Below, one piece after another: positions 12,671 to 25,617 of a stretch of DNA of 64,000 nucleotides. Made by a program: the position numbers and the translations under genes. The stretch is from Lingula anatina (taxonomy: Eukaryota; Animalia; Brachiopoda): assembly GCA_051362555.1 (NCBI GenBank), contig CM120640.1, positions 16,492,001-16,556,000 on the forward strand, written 5' to 3'. Each line of letters opens with the position of its first letter. The first letter of the stretch is position 1. The notes beneath the pieces were generated by a model. The model was not told the origin of the DNA and did not search any database. It was given only the letters and a program-made list of their open reading frames with translations.

Positions 12671-15622
12671 AATGTAGCGATGGGAATTACTTTTTTTTCT
12701 TAAGTGTCTGTATATTTGCCAGCTATACTGTCTAGTGCATGATCAAAGCAGGTAATTACAGGCGAGGGAGTGTAATTTGTAACAGATATTCATGACAACT
12801 TAATTGATGTGATAATATAATTTTATAGATCAATTATTGAGGTAAATGCCTAGGACAAAACTATTTTACACCTTTCTTAAGAAACAAGTCTTGTATGTAA
12901 TTGCTGTCTAGTCTAGTGAATTATAAAAATGCATGTCAATTACACTGAATTTACACTGTTGCATATTTTAATTATTATGTACCAGACTGCTTTTGTCTTT
13001 CATAAAGTCAGACAATTTAATTATGAACTTAAAAAATACAATACTTGTGAAATAACAACATCTGAACCAGAATCTATTCATAAATAACTTTTTTTTTTCT
13101 AATTTTTAAAAAGTTTTCTACTTTAACCAGAACAACAAATTTCAACTGCATGCTGTGTCTCCGCCCCCAAAAATGCCACATTATTTAAAGCAAACTATTA
13201 ATGTGGAAAAGTATTAGTAACCATATGTACTTTGACGGCTGTTTTGTTATTGGTATTCACAACATTGTGCATCTCTGCATACAGCTTTCCACAGCTGTCT
13301 GGTGTTGGCTCATCTTCCATGCCATTGGACCTCTTTGTCAAAACCATCTGGCATCAGATCTGTGTCAGGAAGTCATTATGATGGGCATGATTCAATGTCA
13401 TTATAACACTTCAACTATGTATAAATATATTTTTTTGTATATGTCACAACACCGGTTTTCTCTGCACTTTTTTTTACCTCAGTGTCCATTTAAATGGACA
13501 GATTGAAAAGGATGTATTTCTTTAGATTTTGTAACAAAATAAAATATCTGAAAAGTACCAAGTCAGAATTTTGGTTTATTATCAAAACAATACCTCAGGC
13601 AAGTGTTTGTGTAGTACCTGCATGAATTTGCCTCTACCACTGATACTGTATACGGAAAAGTAATTTAGGTTAAAGGATTTAGTTTTATAGCCTGAAATCC
13701 TCAATAAACAAGATCAGCCAGCTTTACAATTGTGTGACTTGCAGGTGGCAACTTATTATTTTGTAAATAGAATTCTAGTACTTTTGTCCTGTGATGTGGA
13801 CAGCAATAAGATTTTTCATAAGTGCAACTTGAAAACAAAATGTCATGTGTCACTTGATATGGGTGTAGGTACTTCATGCACTGCTTAAAGAAATAATAGG
13901 TGGAGGTAGTTATACATAGGTACATGTAGTAAAACTGACATCTTTTTAATATGTACTCACCCAGTGTGTTTTCATTTTATAATTCACTGTATGTCTCTTG
14001 TAAGCATAATTGAAACTTGTATATGTGCAAGATTGCATTGCAAAACGAAAATTTTTTGTTGAAATTTTAGTTTGAAAATTCACAAAGTGAGAATTTGGCT
14101 TCTTCACTTTTTGAAAGTAAGAATCACAGAGATCTCACTTTTTATATGGCTCAATATTACTGCATAATAATAACAATAAAGAACACGTTATCCTTTGTAT
14201 TTCTGAATCAAGCGTGCAGCTTGTTCTCTATGATTTACTTGTCAACTTTGACATGATGTAAGCATATTTTATGAAAATGATCAAATTATGACCCTAGTGT
14301 TCCCTGTATGTCTGCTGGCTTGAGAGGTGTAGCCCAATACAAAGTACTTTTAGTTAATAAATTTGGTCTACTTCAGTTCAAGAAACATGTTCGTGTTAAT
14401 CCAAATTAAAGCAGTTTATTGGTCTAAAATATCAGGCAGGTACCGGTATTTCTTGATATAAACAGACACATGTAGTCATTCTTTTATATTGGGCTAATTT
14501 TGAAATATTGAGGGTCAAAACAGACTGAAATATTTGTCTTAAACACCGTTTCCCTGTAAGAAAATGTACTTTATTACTTCCTTGGTCAGTGCATACTTAC
14601 TAGATTAAGGGAAGTAAAACTCGGAGGCAAACTGGTGCTTTACTACATGTATATCTAATATTAAAAGCTAAATAAGATAGGTGTATAGTACAATACAAAT
14701 TACACCAATAAGTAAATACATTGAAATATCAAAGACAGAGGAAGGCTCATTAGAAGAAGAATAAACTGAATTTATGGAAAATAGATCAAATAAGTATACA
14801 GTGTTCTCTCTGTCCTTATGTAATTAATATTCAATATACAGTCAGGTATCATGATCATGCAAATTTGATAACACCACTCCCTTTGCTTAAGCATAAAATA
14901 TTTGTGAAGCTTAAGCTTTATATGAAGTAATTTATTTCAATAATTTAGGGCACCAAATTACATTCAATTATGATGAATTAAGCAACACATATACTTGTGA
15001 TGCACTACTGCACAAAAAAGAAACAAAAACACTGAGACAAACAACTGACAGTCAATGAACATATAACAAATAAAACTACACATGTTTTCTATAATGCTTG
15101 TGAATGTAAACAGCATACATAAATGTATGTACAAGTATGGAAAATTAAGCAAATGCGATTCAATACACTGTAGTTATGTTTTCATATGGGAAAGTATAAA
15201 ATGCACTCTGAAGCAGTTTTTATGATGTCATGATGGGTGGACAGACATCAAATGAGCATTCCACAGCTAACTAACTAAATTTTAATGATTCTAATGAAGT
15301 GCTGGTGACTACCAAATTCATTTGAGATAATTAACATAATCTGCTATAGAATTCTTTTATTTTTTCTTCTCACAGTGCATTTTTTATGTTTCATTCAAGT
15401 GATAGAATTAATCATTTACATTAATAAATACTACAATTTAATAACCTCACTTTGTTGTTACAATTGCGAAATAGAAGACTTGTATTTTGTATATGTTTTT
15501 ATGTATATTAATGTTGCCTTTACACTTTTTTGTACTCTAACCATATTTGGTAGCAGATACTACAATGCGCATACAACATAATTATCCTAAAATGAAAATG
15601 GAAAACATTTTCCATTGAATTT

Positions 15623-17218
15623 TTAAAACTCTGGATCTGAGAACTCGTACTGTCTCAGTGGATTAGTGGTCATATTGCCTGCCTTACTTTGCAAATCATC
15701 GAGCTTTTCACAAGAAACTGCCTGCACAGGATCAGGTTTGTCTTTCCCCTTGGAAAAATTTTTCTTTCGAAAACTTTGTCGTACTTTAGCCCAGATTCCA
15801 CTACCTCTAATTTTGTCACTTCTGTCGAGAGCATCACCGGCATCACAAGTGTCATCAAAGCTCACTGATGTATGAGGTAAATGTGTATCATTTTCCAAAG
15901 AATTTGAGATCGGCATGTTTACAAGGGGCGTATCCAGTACCATGATGCTGTTGTTGTTGTTATTGTTATTGTTACTGTTATCTCCCCTGCTGTTGACAGG
16001 CTGTGAAGTAGGTGTATTTTGGTTGGAAATTGCTGCATTTTGCAAGCTCGTGTTTTCGCCATGACCAATGCGGGTTTCTTTATATGTTATAGTTTGCAGG
16101 TGGTGGTGCTTTTCTCCATGATTGTTATGACCCGTGAAAACCTTTCGCAGTTTTGATCTTAGAGTTTTTCCTACTGATGCCTTTGACGCCCTTCGTTCTT
16201 TATCTTCTTTCAAATTTTTCTTTGGCGTAATGATTGGAGGGGCCACTCCTGTGTAACTCATTGATTCTTCAGTCAAGTATACTGAAAAATCCTCACCTCC
16301 ATATTCATGATAGATCAAAGTTTTGTCCTCTGGGAGGACTAGTGTGTCCTCCGATTCTTCTTCATCAAAATCCAATGTCACCTCTGATACCTCGAATTCA
16401 ACTTCATTTGATGATTCAGATTTTTCATCGTCTGCATAACTGTCAAAGTCTTCTTCACAGTCATTTCCACTACAGTATGCAAAATCTCCAGATATGTTCA
16501 GACTTTGGATGTCATAGTTCAACTTTGCAGCAGCACCACCACGGCTCGAGAAGCCATAAATGGTGGAATCCAAGTCATCGGTTTCTACACCTGACGAAGT
16601 CAATTCGTGGTTGTCGTCGTACAAGGGGTTAGTTTTATGTTCTCTTCCTCTGTAGGAAGTCATGAATGCAGATATATCAAGGCTTTGGAAAACTTCAGAA
16701 TCATCCTGCGTAATGACAGTAGTGTTGTCCTGAGCATCAGCAACTGAAATGTGTTGAGATTTTCTTCTGTGTGGGGTGTGGTGCATGCAACTGTCACAGT
16801 CTAACCTAGAATCGCTATGCAGCAGCTGGCCATGTTTGCATTCTTCTTTCATAGGCAACTCATTAATATGAACTGCAGGTTTAAGTATAAAATTTTCATT
16901 TTGGTTTGCAGCTGTCACTGTGGCATCAATGTGTTTGTTAGTGTGACTTTTTCTCAAAGGAATTTTGGTATCATCACTTATATCCTGGGAAGGAATTTGG
17001 CCATTATTATTGTCATTTCTGCCCACTGCATCATTACTGTGGGAATTTTCTTTCATTTCTGATGATGGTGGAACATATTTCAGAAGAACAATACCACTGC
17101 TATCATTTTTTAGGGATTTTCCCTGCTGCTTGCCTTCAGTTTTTTGTGGAGTTTCTCTGTTGCTGTTGTAGCGAAAAATATCCTTGATGTGTTTAATTGT
17201 CCTTTCTTTAGCCATCAT
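15623..17218 (-). CDS. Uncharacterised 531-aa largely disordered protein (acidic centre, basic amphipathic motifs, poly-Asn)
   Basis: 1.6-kb uninterrupted ORF in AT-rich DNA. Strong acceptor TTTTCTTCAG puts the exon start at 17283; an in-frame TAA lies between acceptor and ATG, so 17218 is the start. No recognisable globular domain. Confidence 0.85.
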   Translation of the reverse strand: MMAKERTIKHIKDIFRYNSNRETPQKTEGKQQGKSLKNDSSGIVLLKYVPPSSEMKENSHSNDAVGRNDNNNGQIPSQDISDDTKIPLRKSHTNKHIDATVTAANQNENFILKPAVHINELPMKEECKHGQLLHSDSRLDCDSCMHHTPHRRKSQHISVADAQDNTTVITQDDSEVFQSLDISAFMTSYRGREHKTNPLYDDNHELTSSGVETDDLDSTIYGFSSRGGAAAKLNYDIQSLNISGDFAYCSGNDCEEDFDSYADDEKSESSNEVEFEVSEVTLDFDEEESEDTLVLPEDKTLIYHEYGGEDFSVYLTEESMSYTGVAPPIITPKKNLKEDKERRASKASVGKTLRSKLRKVFTGHNNHGEKHHHLQTITYKETRIGHGENTSLQNAAISNQNTPTSQPVNSRGDNSNNNNNNNNSIMVLDTPLVNMPISNSLENDTHLPHTSVSFDDTCDAGDALDRSDKIRGSGIWAKVRQSFRKKNFSKGKDKPDPVQAVSCEKLDDLQSKAGNMTTNPLRQYEFSDPEF

Positions 17219-19030
17219 GACTAGCTGCGTACAGGTGATCTGTCTTTGTTATATACTCTGCTCAAATTTTTTATTATATTCACCTGAAGAAAAAATTGGC
17301 AAAATGTCAAAAGTATTTTAGTTTTGATATTTCAGCATAGAGGTAAATTTTTCTTCGTAATAAATAATCAAACCCTTGGTGTTTGACTGCAGAAAGGTGT
17401 TGGGAAAATAAGCCAAAAAAAAAAAAATTAGAAAAAATTAGCTTTTATGTAATTAAAAATAGAATAAAAATTATACCTACTTAGCTGTGCTTAATTCTTG
17501 AGAGAATAACTAATAAGCATGGCAAAGTTGGTATAATTTTTATTCTATGTCTATTCCAAAAAGCTGCGCAAAAATCTTTTTGAGGCAATATAAATCAAAC
17601 ATGTTCTGTAACTTCAGGGACAGAAAAAAATGAGAAAATGACGATGCACAAGAGTGGCAGAAGCTTTAATAGCCTACAGTAAAAGTGCCACAATACCAGA
17701 AAAAGATGTTGCAAATAAAATATATTTCCTTAAAAAACCTGATGCATAAAATAAGTAAGTCCGACACAGAATGTTATGCAGTCCTTCCAATGAAGAGGCA
17801 TGTCACATTATTCTGAGATATCACACGCAACAAAAGAAAAAGAAGAGAAAAAATAAGGAAAAAAAGGTGGACACAGATCTCTTTTACTGGAGACATGTTT
17901 CATTACACAAATGTCACATGCTTAAACAGGTTGAACTGGTTTAGTGACATGGGATATGAAATGATTATCTAAAATAAAACCTAATTCAAAAAAGTATAAT
18001 ATATCTTTACTCTTGCAGTCAGATCTTGCTACTGATCATGGTGGTCAGGTTAGGCTTCATGAAGAAAATGTACTCTACCTAACTATGAAAACCCTACTGA
18101 ACAAAATGATGTGTTTAATTGTCCTTTCTTAAGCCAACATAACTAGCTGCATGTAGGTGATCCCTCTTTATTATATACTCTGCTCAAATTTTTGATTACA
18201 TTCACCTGAAGAAAAAATTGGCAAAATGTCAAAAGTATTTTTCTACTTTGATATTGCAGTATAGAGGTAAATTTTTCTTTGTAATCAAATCCTTGGTGAC
18301 TGCAGAAAGGTGTTGGGAATATAAGCCAAAACAAAATTTAGAAAAAATTCAGCCTTTATGTAATTTGAAATAGAATAAATATTAAACCTACTTTGCTATG
18401 CTTTATTCTTGAGAGAATGAGAATATCTATTAACCATGGCAATGTGGGTATAGTTTTTATTCTATGTCTATTTCATAAAATTTGCAAAAAAGCTTTTTGA
18501 GAGAATATTAATCAAACACGTTCTATAACTTCAGGCATGGAAAAAAAAATGAGAAAATGACAATGCACAAGAGTGGCACAAGCTTTGATAGCCTATAGTA
18601 AAAGTGCCACAATACCAGAAAAAGGTGTTGCACTGAAATATATTTCCTTTAAAAAAAAGAAGAAACCTGGCGCATAAAATAAGTATGTCTGACACGAAGA
18701 ATGTTATGCAGTCCCTCTATTCAAGAGGTATGTCACATCATTCTGAAATATCACACGCAATAAAAGAAAAAGAAATGAAAAAAAAGGAAAAAAGGTGGAC
18801 ACTTTATACACAGATCTCTTTTACTGAAGGCATGTCTCATTGCACAAATGTCACATGCTTATACAGGTTGAACTGGTTTAGTGATGTGTATGAAATAAAT
18901 ATTTAAAATAAAACCTAATTTAAAAAAAACATAATATATCTTTACTCTTGCAGTCAGATCTTGCTACTGATCATGGTGATCAGGTCAGGCTTCATGAAGA
19001 AAATGTACTCAACCAAACTATGAAAACCCT
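17185..19030. repeat. Tandem duplication of ~0.92 kb (17185-18095 and 18107-19030) with an 11-nt linker
   Basis: Co-linear copies offset by ~922 nt at the exon end (acceptor 17283 vs 18205; ATG 17218 vs 18140). Both copies end in ACTATGAAAACCCT. Confidence 0.95.
18107..18205 (-). pseudogene. Truncated duplicate (pseudo-exon) of the 5' end of the 531-aa coding exon
   Basis: Intact acceptor, then ATG TTG GCT TAA where the functional copy has ATG ATG GCT AAA. Homology stops after 11 codons. Confidence 0.75.
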
Positions 19031-19743
19031 GAAATTGAAATTTGTAATGTGTTTTTCTTTACTTATATTATCTATTACCTTTTCTCCTTCCTTGCAAAAA
19101 TGAATCAGCTGATTTCACCAATTATTCCAGCTTTATCTGAACATGATTAAATCACACAATTTTATGAATTGAATTCAGTTTTGACATTTGTGGACCTTTT
19201 CATTTTTTTACACAATAACAGAATTCAGCAAAAAAGAATACATCAGAGGACAAAAATATTTTTTACTTTCTTTAAGTGAACAGTGCCAATATAAAGCAGT
19301 TAGAATATATGTTAACAGTTATATGTAACAATATAAGAATTTTTCATATAGCTTTTCTTTCATACAAACTTAACAAAATGTTAAAATTGACAAATATCAC
19401 AAATATTGAGCTATAAATCAAACCTGATGCATTATCCTGATGCATTTATAATCAATGAAAGTTTAGATATTCATAACCCCTCTTAATGTTATTAAAGTAG
19501 TATATTCCAAGACTGTTTTGGTACTAACACCAATGATAGCAGTGATTTTCATTCATACAAAAGAACGGAATCAAGTCCATTGCATTTATATAAAACTACT
19601 GACCTTAACACAATTTCCAATTGTTAGATCAAAATTACATATAATCCTAGTCCCCCATTCAATAATAATGAAAAAAAAAACAGCAGAAAAGGATGATCTA
19701 TTTTGTTTTCTAAATATAAAGAAATGAAAAAAAAGTATATCAC

Positions 19744-20086
19744 CTGTTAAAGCAGGTTCCCAGCAGTGGAGGTCTGGAGTGAGCGTGGGAGCGGGAGACT
19801 CAATCCCAGCACAGTCCCATTAAAGTCATATAGGGAATCCCAGTGAATTCGGCCATTAATGTCGCACTGCAAGAGAAGCCTTGGAAATACCACCGTGTCC
19901 CAGTGTGCAGTTGCTTTGGGCCATAAACTCATGCACACTCCACGATGCAATTAATATTCAGACTGTGTAGCCATCCCTGTTCCAGCCCAGAGGCATTCTT
20001 GGTAGGGTTGGTCATAGGTGAGCATCAGATCTTGTTTGGCAGGTGCAGCCCAATCTAATCTTCTTCATTGTTGGGCTTCTTTATAC
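19744..20086 (-). other. Probable upstream (5'UTR) exon of the 531-aa gene with multiple uORFs
   Basis: GC-richer island bounded by acceptor TTGCTCAG|G (exon start 20086) and donor CAG|GTGATA (exon end 19744). Ten ATGs in 343 nt; longest ORF 19932-19747 (61 aa). A further upstream donor CAG|GTAAAA is at 20771/20770. Confidence 0.55.
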
Positions 20087-20461
20087 CTGAGCAAATTTAA
20101 CATATTTTAATACAGGTTTGAATTCTATTCATATACTGTTCCTGTCAAAAGACAGTTACTCCACCCAAAGTCTGGGTCCGCAAGACGCAATTTATTTCAT
20201 TTGGGCCTACAGTGACATTCAATATTTTACGTACTTTTAAAAAAGTAAAAATAAGCAAAAGGCCAATACCGGTAATACATTGAAAATATTAATACCTGTG
20301 ATACATTGGAAAAATATACATAACAGTGACTTCTACATTAGTCATGATGCGTGATTCAACAATTTATTTATTTGAAAGAAGTAAAATTGAAGAAAATTAT
20401 ATCAGTATGATCTTATCATATTTACAGCATAAAGTTTGGTGCGTTTATTTTGTAAAAGAAA

Positions 20462-20629
20462 CAGGCCCGTAGCCAGCAATTTCCAAAGTGGGGTTCTTTT
20501 TCTGAAAAAGTGGACCTTTTCCCACAAAAACTTCATGTACCTAGATCAAATTTTACCCAGAGTGGACCTTTTCCCAGCAAAAGGAGCGGTTCTTTCGAAC
20601 CCCCCGAACCCCCCCTGGCTACGGGCCTG
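20462..20629. mobile_element. MITE with perfect 15-bp TIRs (hAT-like)
   Basis: CAGGCCCGTAGCCAG ... CTGGCTACGGGCCTG; internal direct repeat AGTGGACCTTTTCCCA x2; flanks AGAAA/AGAAT (imperfect 5-bp TSD). Confidence 0.85.
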
Positions 20630-21490
20630 AGAATGGTTACATTACTGAGCTAATACGTGATAGGCCTACAACTTATGCCAAAAATGACCAAGCGTCTCAT
20701 GTAAACCGCTCTGAAATGTATGTAGAGTAAGGAAAAAAAGAACTTTTCTTTATCTAAACTTTACTTTTACCTGTATGGCTAATCTCCAGACAGAGAGCAA
20801 AACCATAATTTAAGGGATCTACCGTCGCACAGTACTTTGAGAGAAAAGCTGTTGGATGCTGGAATTAGTACAACCTTTATACGGAACGGAAACATATGGG
20901 TACAGTATGCTGAATTAACTGAAATATTGTCCGACCGAAAAAGTATAATAATACAATTATGAAAATGTCCCAAAGTCATATTTCCTGTGTCTACGTATCC
21001 TGCAAAGCTACTTATCTTTTCCAATTCAGACCTTAAAACGGTAAAACCTCTCAAATGAAAGTAATTAATGTTGATTTTCCCCTCTGAAATGTACAGGAGG
21101 ACGTAGCATTTTGAGCGTCTGACCGTGCACTGAGAACTAAATTTATTCAATCAAATATAGTACAAAACATCGAATCCAGTTCCAAGTGCATAAATAGTCC
21201 ACTAATGGTTCGTGTGTAGAATGAAATAGCTGTTTTTAAAGAAGAAAATTCAATTCAGGGCGAAAATCCCGGATAGGGTAATTTTTAAACAGATACTTGA
21301 CGTTCAAACAGTCCATCAAACCATGCAGTGCTGAACTAGGACGCCTCTCTGTAGATTAAGATGTCACCTGCTGTCCTCATAAAAGAAGCATATATCTGTT
21401 GCACCCGCTGCTGACCCAGAAAATGGTCCGAGGAGTGCGAAAGACACTATAATCACGTATAGGAATTGGAGAGTGAAGAGCTACCCCACT

Positions 21491-21491
<1 letters not shown>

Positions 21492-21523
<32 letters not shown>
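21492..21523. repeat. (CA)n microsatellite near the putative promoter of the 531-aa gene
   Basis: Directly visible. Confidence 0.95.
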
Positions 21524-21528
<5 letters not shown>

Positions 21529-23451
21529 TTTTCAACCACATCAGTCATAATGGAGTGCGGGACTGATTTATTATCCTTTAAATTCAATCAGCTTAGGTGT
21601 ATTTTAAAATTAGGCATTAAAATGCCTAAATTAACGTCACAGCTAATATTCGCTGGTCATGATACCAGTGAACCGAAGCCTAATTTAGAGTATCTAATCT
21701 TTGTCGTTACCCACTACCGCCCACTAAAATCTTTATTGATCTATAAGCAGTGCTAGCACTCTATTTATTTTGTTTTAAAAATTATTTTGTTAAATATCAT
21801 TACGCCACTGACTTCCGTCATTATGGTTCCCGTTCAAATAAAGAAAGCTTTAAATTCACAAGAAAAAATAGAATACAGAAGCGTTTTGATTTTAAAGCAA
21901 GAATCTTATCATCCTTCTGCTAAAAAATGAAAGTGAAAGCCGTAAATTTTTTTGAGAAAAAAATAATAGGTTTCAATTTTTTAACGGGATGGCAAGTTCG
22001 CACAATCTGTCGGTATCTTTGTAGATTAGGTAAAGCCCCATCTTGCATGATCGAACACAGTGCCGCACCAGTGATTTTATCTGGTCGAATCATCCGACCT
22101 GTGGAATCTGACCGCTATATCTAATCACTGATACGGCTGAAAAAACTTGATTGTTTTATTTTTTTACCATTGTCATTTCAGCGAACCTGAATCAACTTCC
22201 AGAGATGGGGATCCATTGTGCCTTATCATAAAATAATAATAATAATAATAAAAAAAGAAAGGTCTTACACAAAGCATCTAAATCGAGGCTTCCGAACAGA
22301 AAGTGGGTGACTTGTATCATTGTTGTGTAAATCAGGTGAGCGTTTTGGTGAGAGGTGTTCAGATAAGACCAAGGTCAGTAGAAGATGAAGTAGAAAGAAG
22401 CCACGCTGCTACATTTTCCACGTGTAGTCCAAAAATTTAGCACTAAAAACGACAATCTGGTGTGAGTACTGTATAGATAGTGCAAGATAAGATTGCGTTA
22501 ACGATATTTTGCAAAAATGTTGCGTTTTGTACTTCAGGCATTATGAGCATGGGGGCATTCTACAGGCGTGAACAATGCTTTCCAATAAGAACCCAAAATC
22601 AGCTTATAGCGTAAATATTTTGTTTTGGTTATTTTTCTTGTGTCTTTTTTTGTAACTTACCTAACGTATGAATCTATAGCATGAAGGCTGAGGAGTTTGT
22701 TTTCGTGCAACATGGAATATATAGATAACGCTGTACATTAAGTGTGTGCTTGCATAGAAGGTCTTAGTTCAATATACACATTCTTTACATTTAAGTAAAT
22801 TGTGAATATTATATATAATATGTCATGTTTGATTTGCTGTAACGATTATTTTCTGTTTTGTCAAATCTACATCAGACAAGTATCGCCGTTGAATATCTCT
22901 TCGTTTAATTTCAGTAACTTTAATTGCCATTTACGAGGAGATTAGATGTGTCTTCCATCAGAGACATCAGATTCGTGATCGACGGTGCCCACGCCCATGT
23001 CAAGATTGTCTAGCTTCCCGCAGTTTGTCATCTAGTTAATTTACAAGGTTGACATGAAATATCATGTGTTATGTTGTGTCAAAACGTATAACAAATGAAT
23101 AATTGCACGTAATAAGCGTTTTATTCACGAAACATCTGATTATAAAAAAATGTAAGTAATTTATCTAAACCTGCGTGTCGCTTGTTTAATACTATGCATA
23201 TGTAGCACAGCACTGTAACCGCCCATTGCTTTTTTATTGTAATTTGTTTATACCCTTGGGTTGGGAGGGATTTTCCATCCGTTTTGGAACTCTTTGTGGA
23301 GTACAGGGGAATAATGTCAGGGCAAAACATGCAGTGCTTAAATGTTATATGAAAACGAAAGTTATACAATGATAGTTGTAAGATTATTTTTAAGTGATGT
23401 ACTGTTGGAGTGTGCTGGCACGACCAATTTTCTGTTACGTCGAAAAAGATA

Positions 23452-23759
23452 TGTAGGCAAATCTGCAACTAAACGCCCAACTGTGGACTTGAAGATGTTT
23501 GTTTTAAATTGAATTCAAATACTTGTTTTGATTAAGTTAACTTTGGGAAGAAAAAAAATCGTTGTCGCAACTCCATTGCGTAAAGTGAATATGAAATTTT
23601 CTTTTCGATAAACATATATTGGTGTGTTCTGTTGATGTAGAAAACGATACATAAAACTCCAATAACTTGGAAACGCTGAAATCTAAGTTCTAGCTCTTCA
23701 AAAATAACAGCATTATGCAACTGCCAAAATGTGCCCATGTTATTGCAGATTTGCCTACA
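23452..23759. mobile_element. MITE-like element with a perfect 17-bp inverted repeat
   Basis: TGTAGGCAAATCTGCAA (23452-23468) / TTGCAGATTTGCCTACA (23743-23759); no clear TSD. Confidence 0.6.
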
Positions 23760-25547
23760 CGAAGCGTAAGCTCTTTCTGAAGTTAGGAATATGCGATTGT
23801 GACGCGTGCTAAGAATAAAGCTCCCTTTGGTATTCGGTGTTTTGATGCCGTGTGTCTGATCAATGACAGGCCCATATTTTTACTGTTGGGAGGGGATCAA
23901 ATGCTTCAAGAAAGTGAAACTGAGTTGGGTAGAGATTTTTTTCCGAAATTGATCTGCATTTGGCATTGAAGTAGAATGCATGTTGTGTACATGAAAACAG
24001 AAATTGCCCCTGCTTAAGCTATAAAAATTCTAAAAATTCTTTCAAGCATTTTATTGTCAATATCACCATACATAAATTGTTAATGATCGCCAAAAGGAAA
24101 CATCTAATAGTTCATTTCGGACTACCATTTATCTTGATCTTAATCTTGTACATTTTAATTTTTCGAAAATTTTTTTACCAAAATCATATTTGACCTAGTT
24201 ACTTCGCAAAGCTCGATTTTTCTTTGGGTAATGAGACTTCAAAAACAATGGGTTGAAGATTTTTTGGCCTTCAACTTTTGTCAATATTTTCAAAATAATA
24301 TCTGAAATAGTTTAACGGGAAACTTACGGAACTTTGTAGGGACACTTTTCCCATTTATTCTTGTACTACTTTCGATATTAATTTGCCAGATGTGTATATA
24401 TAAAATAACACTTTGATTGGTTTGATAATTTTGATTCGAATTGCAAGCCAGCATTCTATTTGAGTTTGAACTTGTATTAAGTGATTTCTTAATTCTACAT
24501 TTAGTCGGGATCAAGGGTGATTGAGAAGAAAAGGCTTGATAAGACGTAACTTTTGCACGTCCTGTTGGATTATTTTTACTGGGTGTCTCTCGATCACTGA
24601 ACACCGGAGAACACAGTTGAATTTAATAACATTTTTTTGTCTTTTGCGTAACTTTTTTGAGCTTTGTATATTGTTCTAAAAATGGTAACACGTGTTAGAC
24701 TGAGATAAGCTTGTATAGTGACCATATCAGTAGGCTGCTCGTGACTAGCGCACGCTCTGCAAATGCACATATCAGTTTTGGCTCAGATGTTCGGCATCGA
24801 GTACAGATTTTCGGATTTTTTATTTGAAGAAAAATTTAAGACAATCTAATTTCAGTGATGAGCAAAACAACGTAAATACTTGGATGCGTGCTCGTGTCCG
24901 GGGGTAAAGTTGACGTGAGATTATATGCATTTTGAATTTGACATCATTCACTAAATTTGGACAAAAAAAAAATTGCGATCAATCAAAACTCGAATATTTA
25001 AATGGTAACTTTGAACCAAAGTTTCACAGTAGATCCTCCTATCTACGTATTGTTTATGGCCAAATAACGTACTTTTTGGTTGTGGTTAGAAATATTTTGA
25101 CCGTACTGTTCCTAAACTTCAAAATAATAGTTTGAGCAACAATTTTCAAAATGCATAGAATCACTGACACGCGTTTTTGATAGTTTTTTTTATCTTATTT
25201 TATGATTTGAAATACGATATTTTATTAAAATTGTTTTTACTTTAAAATGTAATTTTAATATTTTTCACATAGTTGTACACCTTTTCTTCTTTGCTGCATT
25301 TGCTCATGGTCATATGGTGAAAAAAATAAACGTAGATATATACATTTGTCATACTTTTTTTTTCAAAATTTGCAAAAAGGTATCTCTATGTCCTCTAACG
25401 ACTCGAGCCACCGACCTACTGGTCGTAACCTTGCCGTCATACCTGTTGAGCCACCGACTCCACTTGACAAATTTTTTTTGTAAGATAGTTTTGTTGTAGT
25501 TCAAATTGTTCATTTAGTTATTTTTTGCAAAAGGCGATTTGCTGGGA

Positions 25548-25617
25548 CCCAGGAACGCGCGGTTTTGAACTCGGGACCTTCTGACTCCGAGTCAAGAGCG
25601 TTACCTACTCCTCTAAG
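25548..25617 (-). mobile_element. tRNA-derived SINE head or degenerate tRNA pseudogene
   Basis: Minus strand ...GTAGGTAACGCTCTTGACTCGGAGTCAGAAGGTCCCGAGTTCAAAACC: anticodon-like stem-loop plus B-box, but the acceptor stem does not pair. A second isolated B-box GGTTCGAATCC is at 25722-25732 (-). Confidence 0.5.

Noticed and set aside
13201-13506. GC-richer patch with a 101-aa ORF
   Set aside because: No recognisable homology, partner exons or donor site in any frame.
25548-25617. Functional tRNA gene
   Set aside because: Acceptor stem and D-arm do not pair; kept only as a SINE/pseudogene-like remnant.
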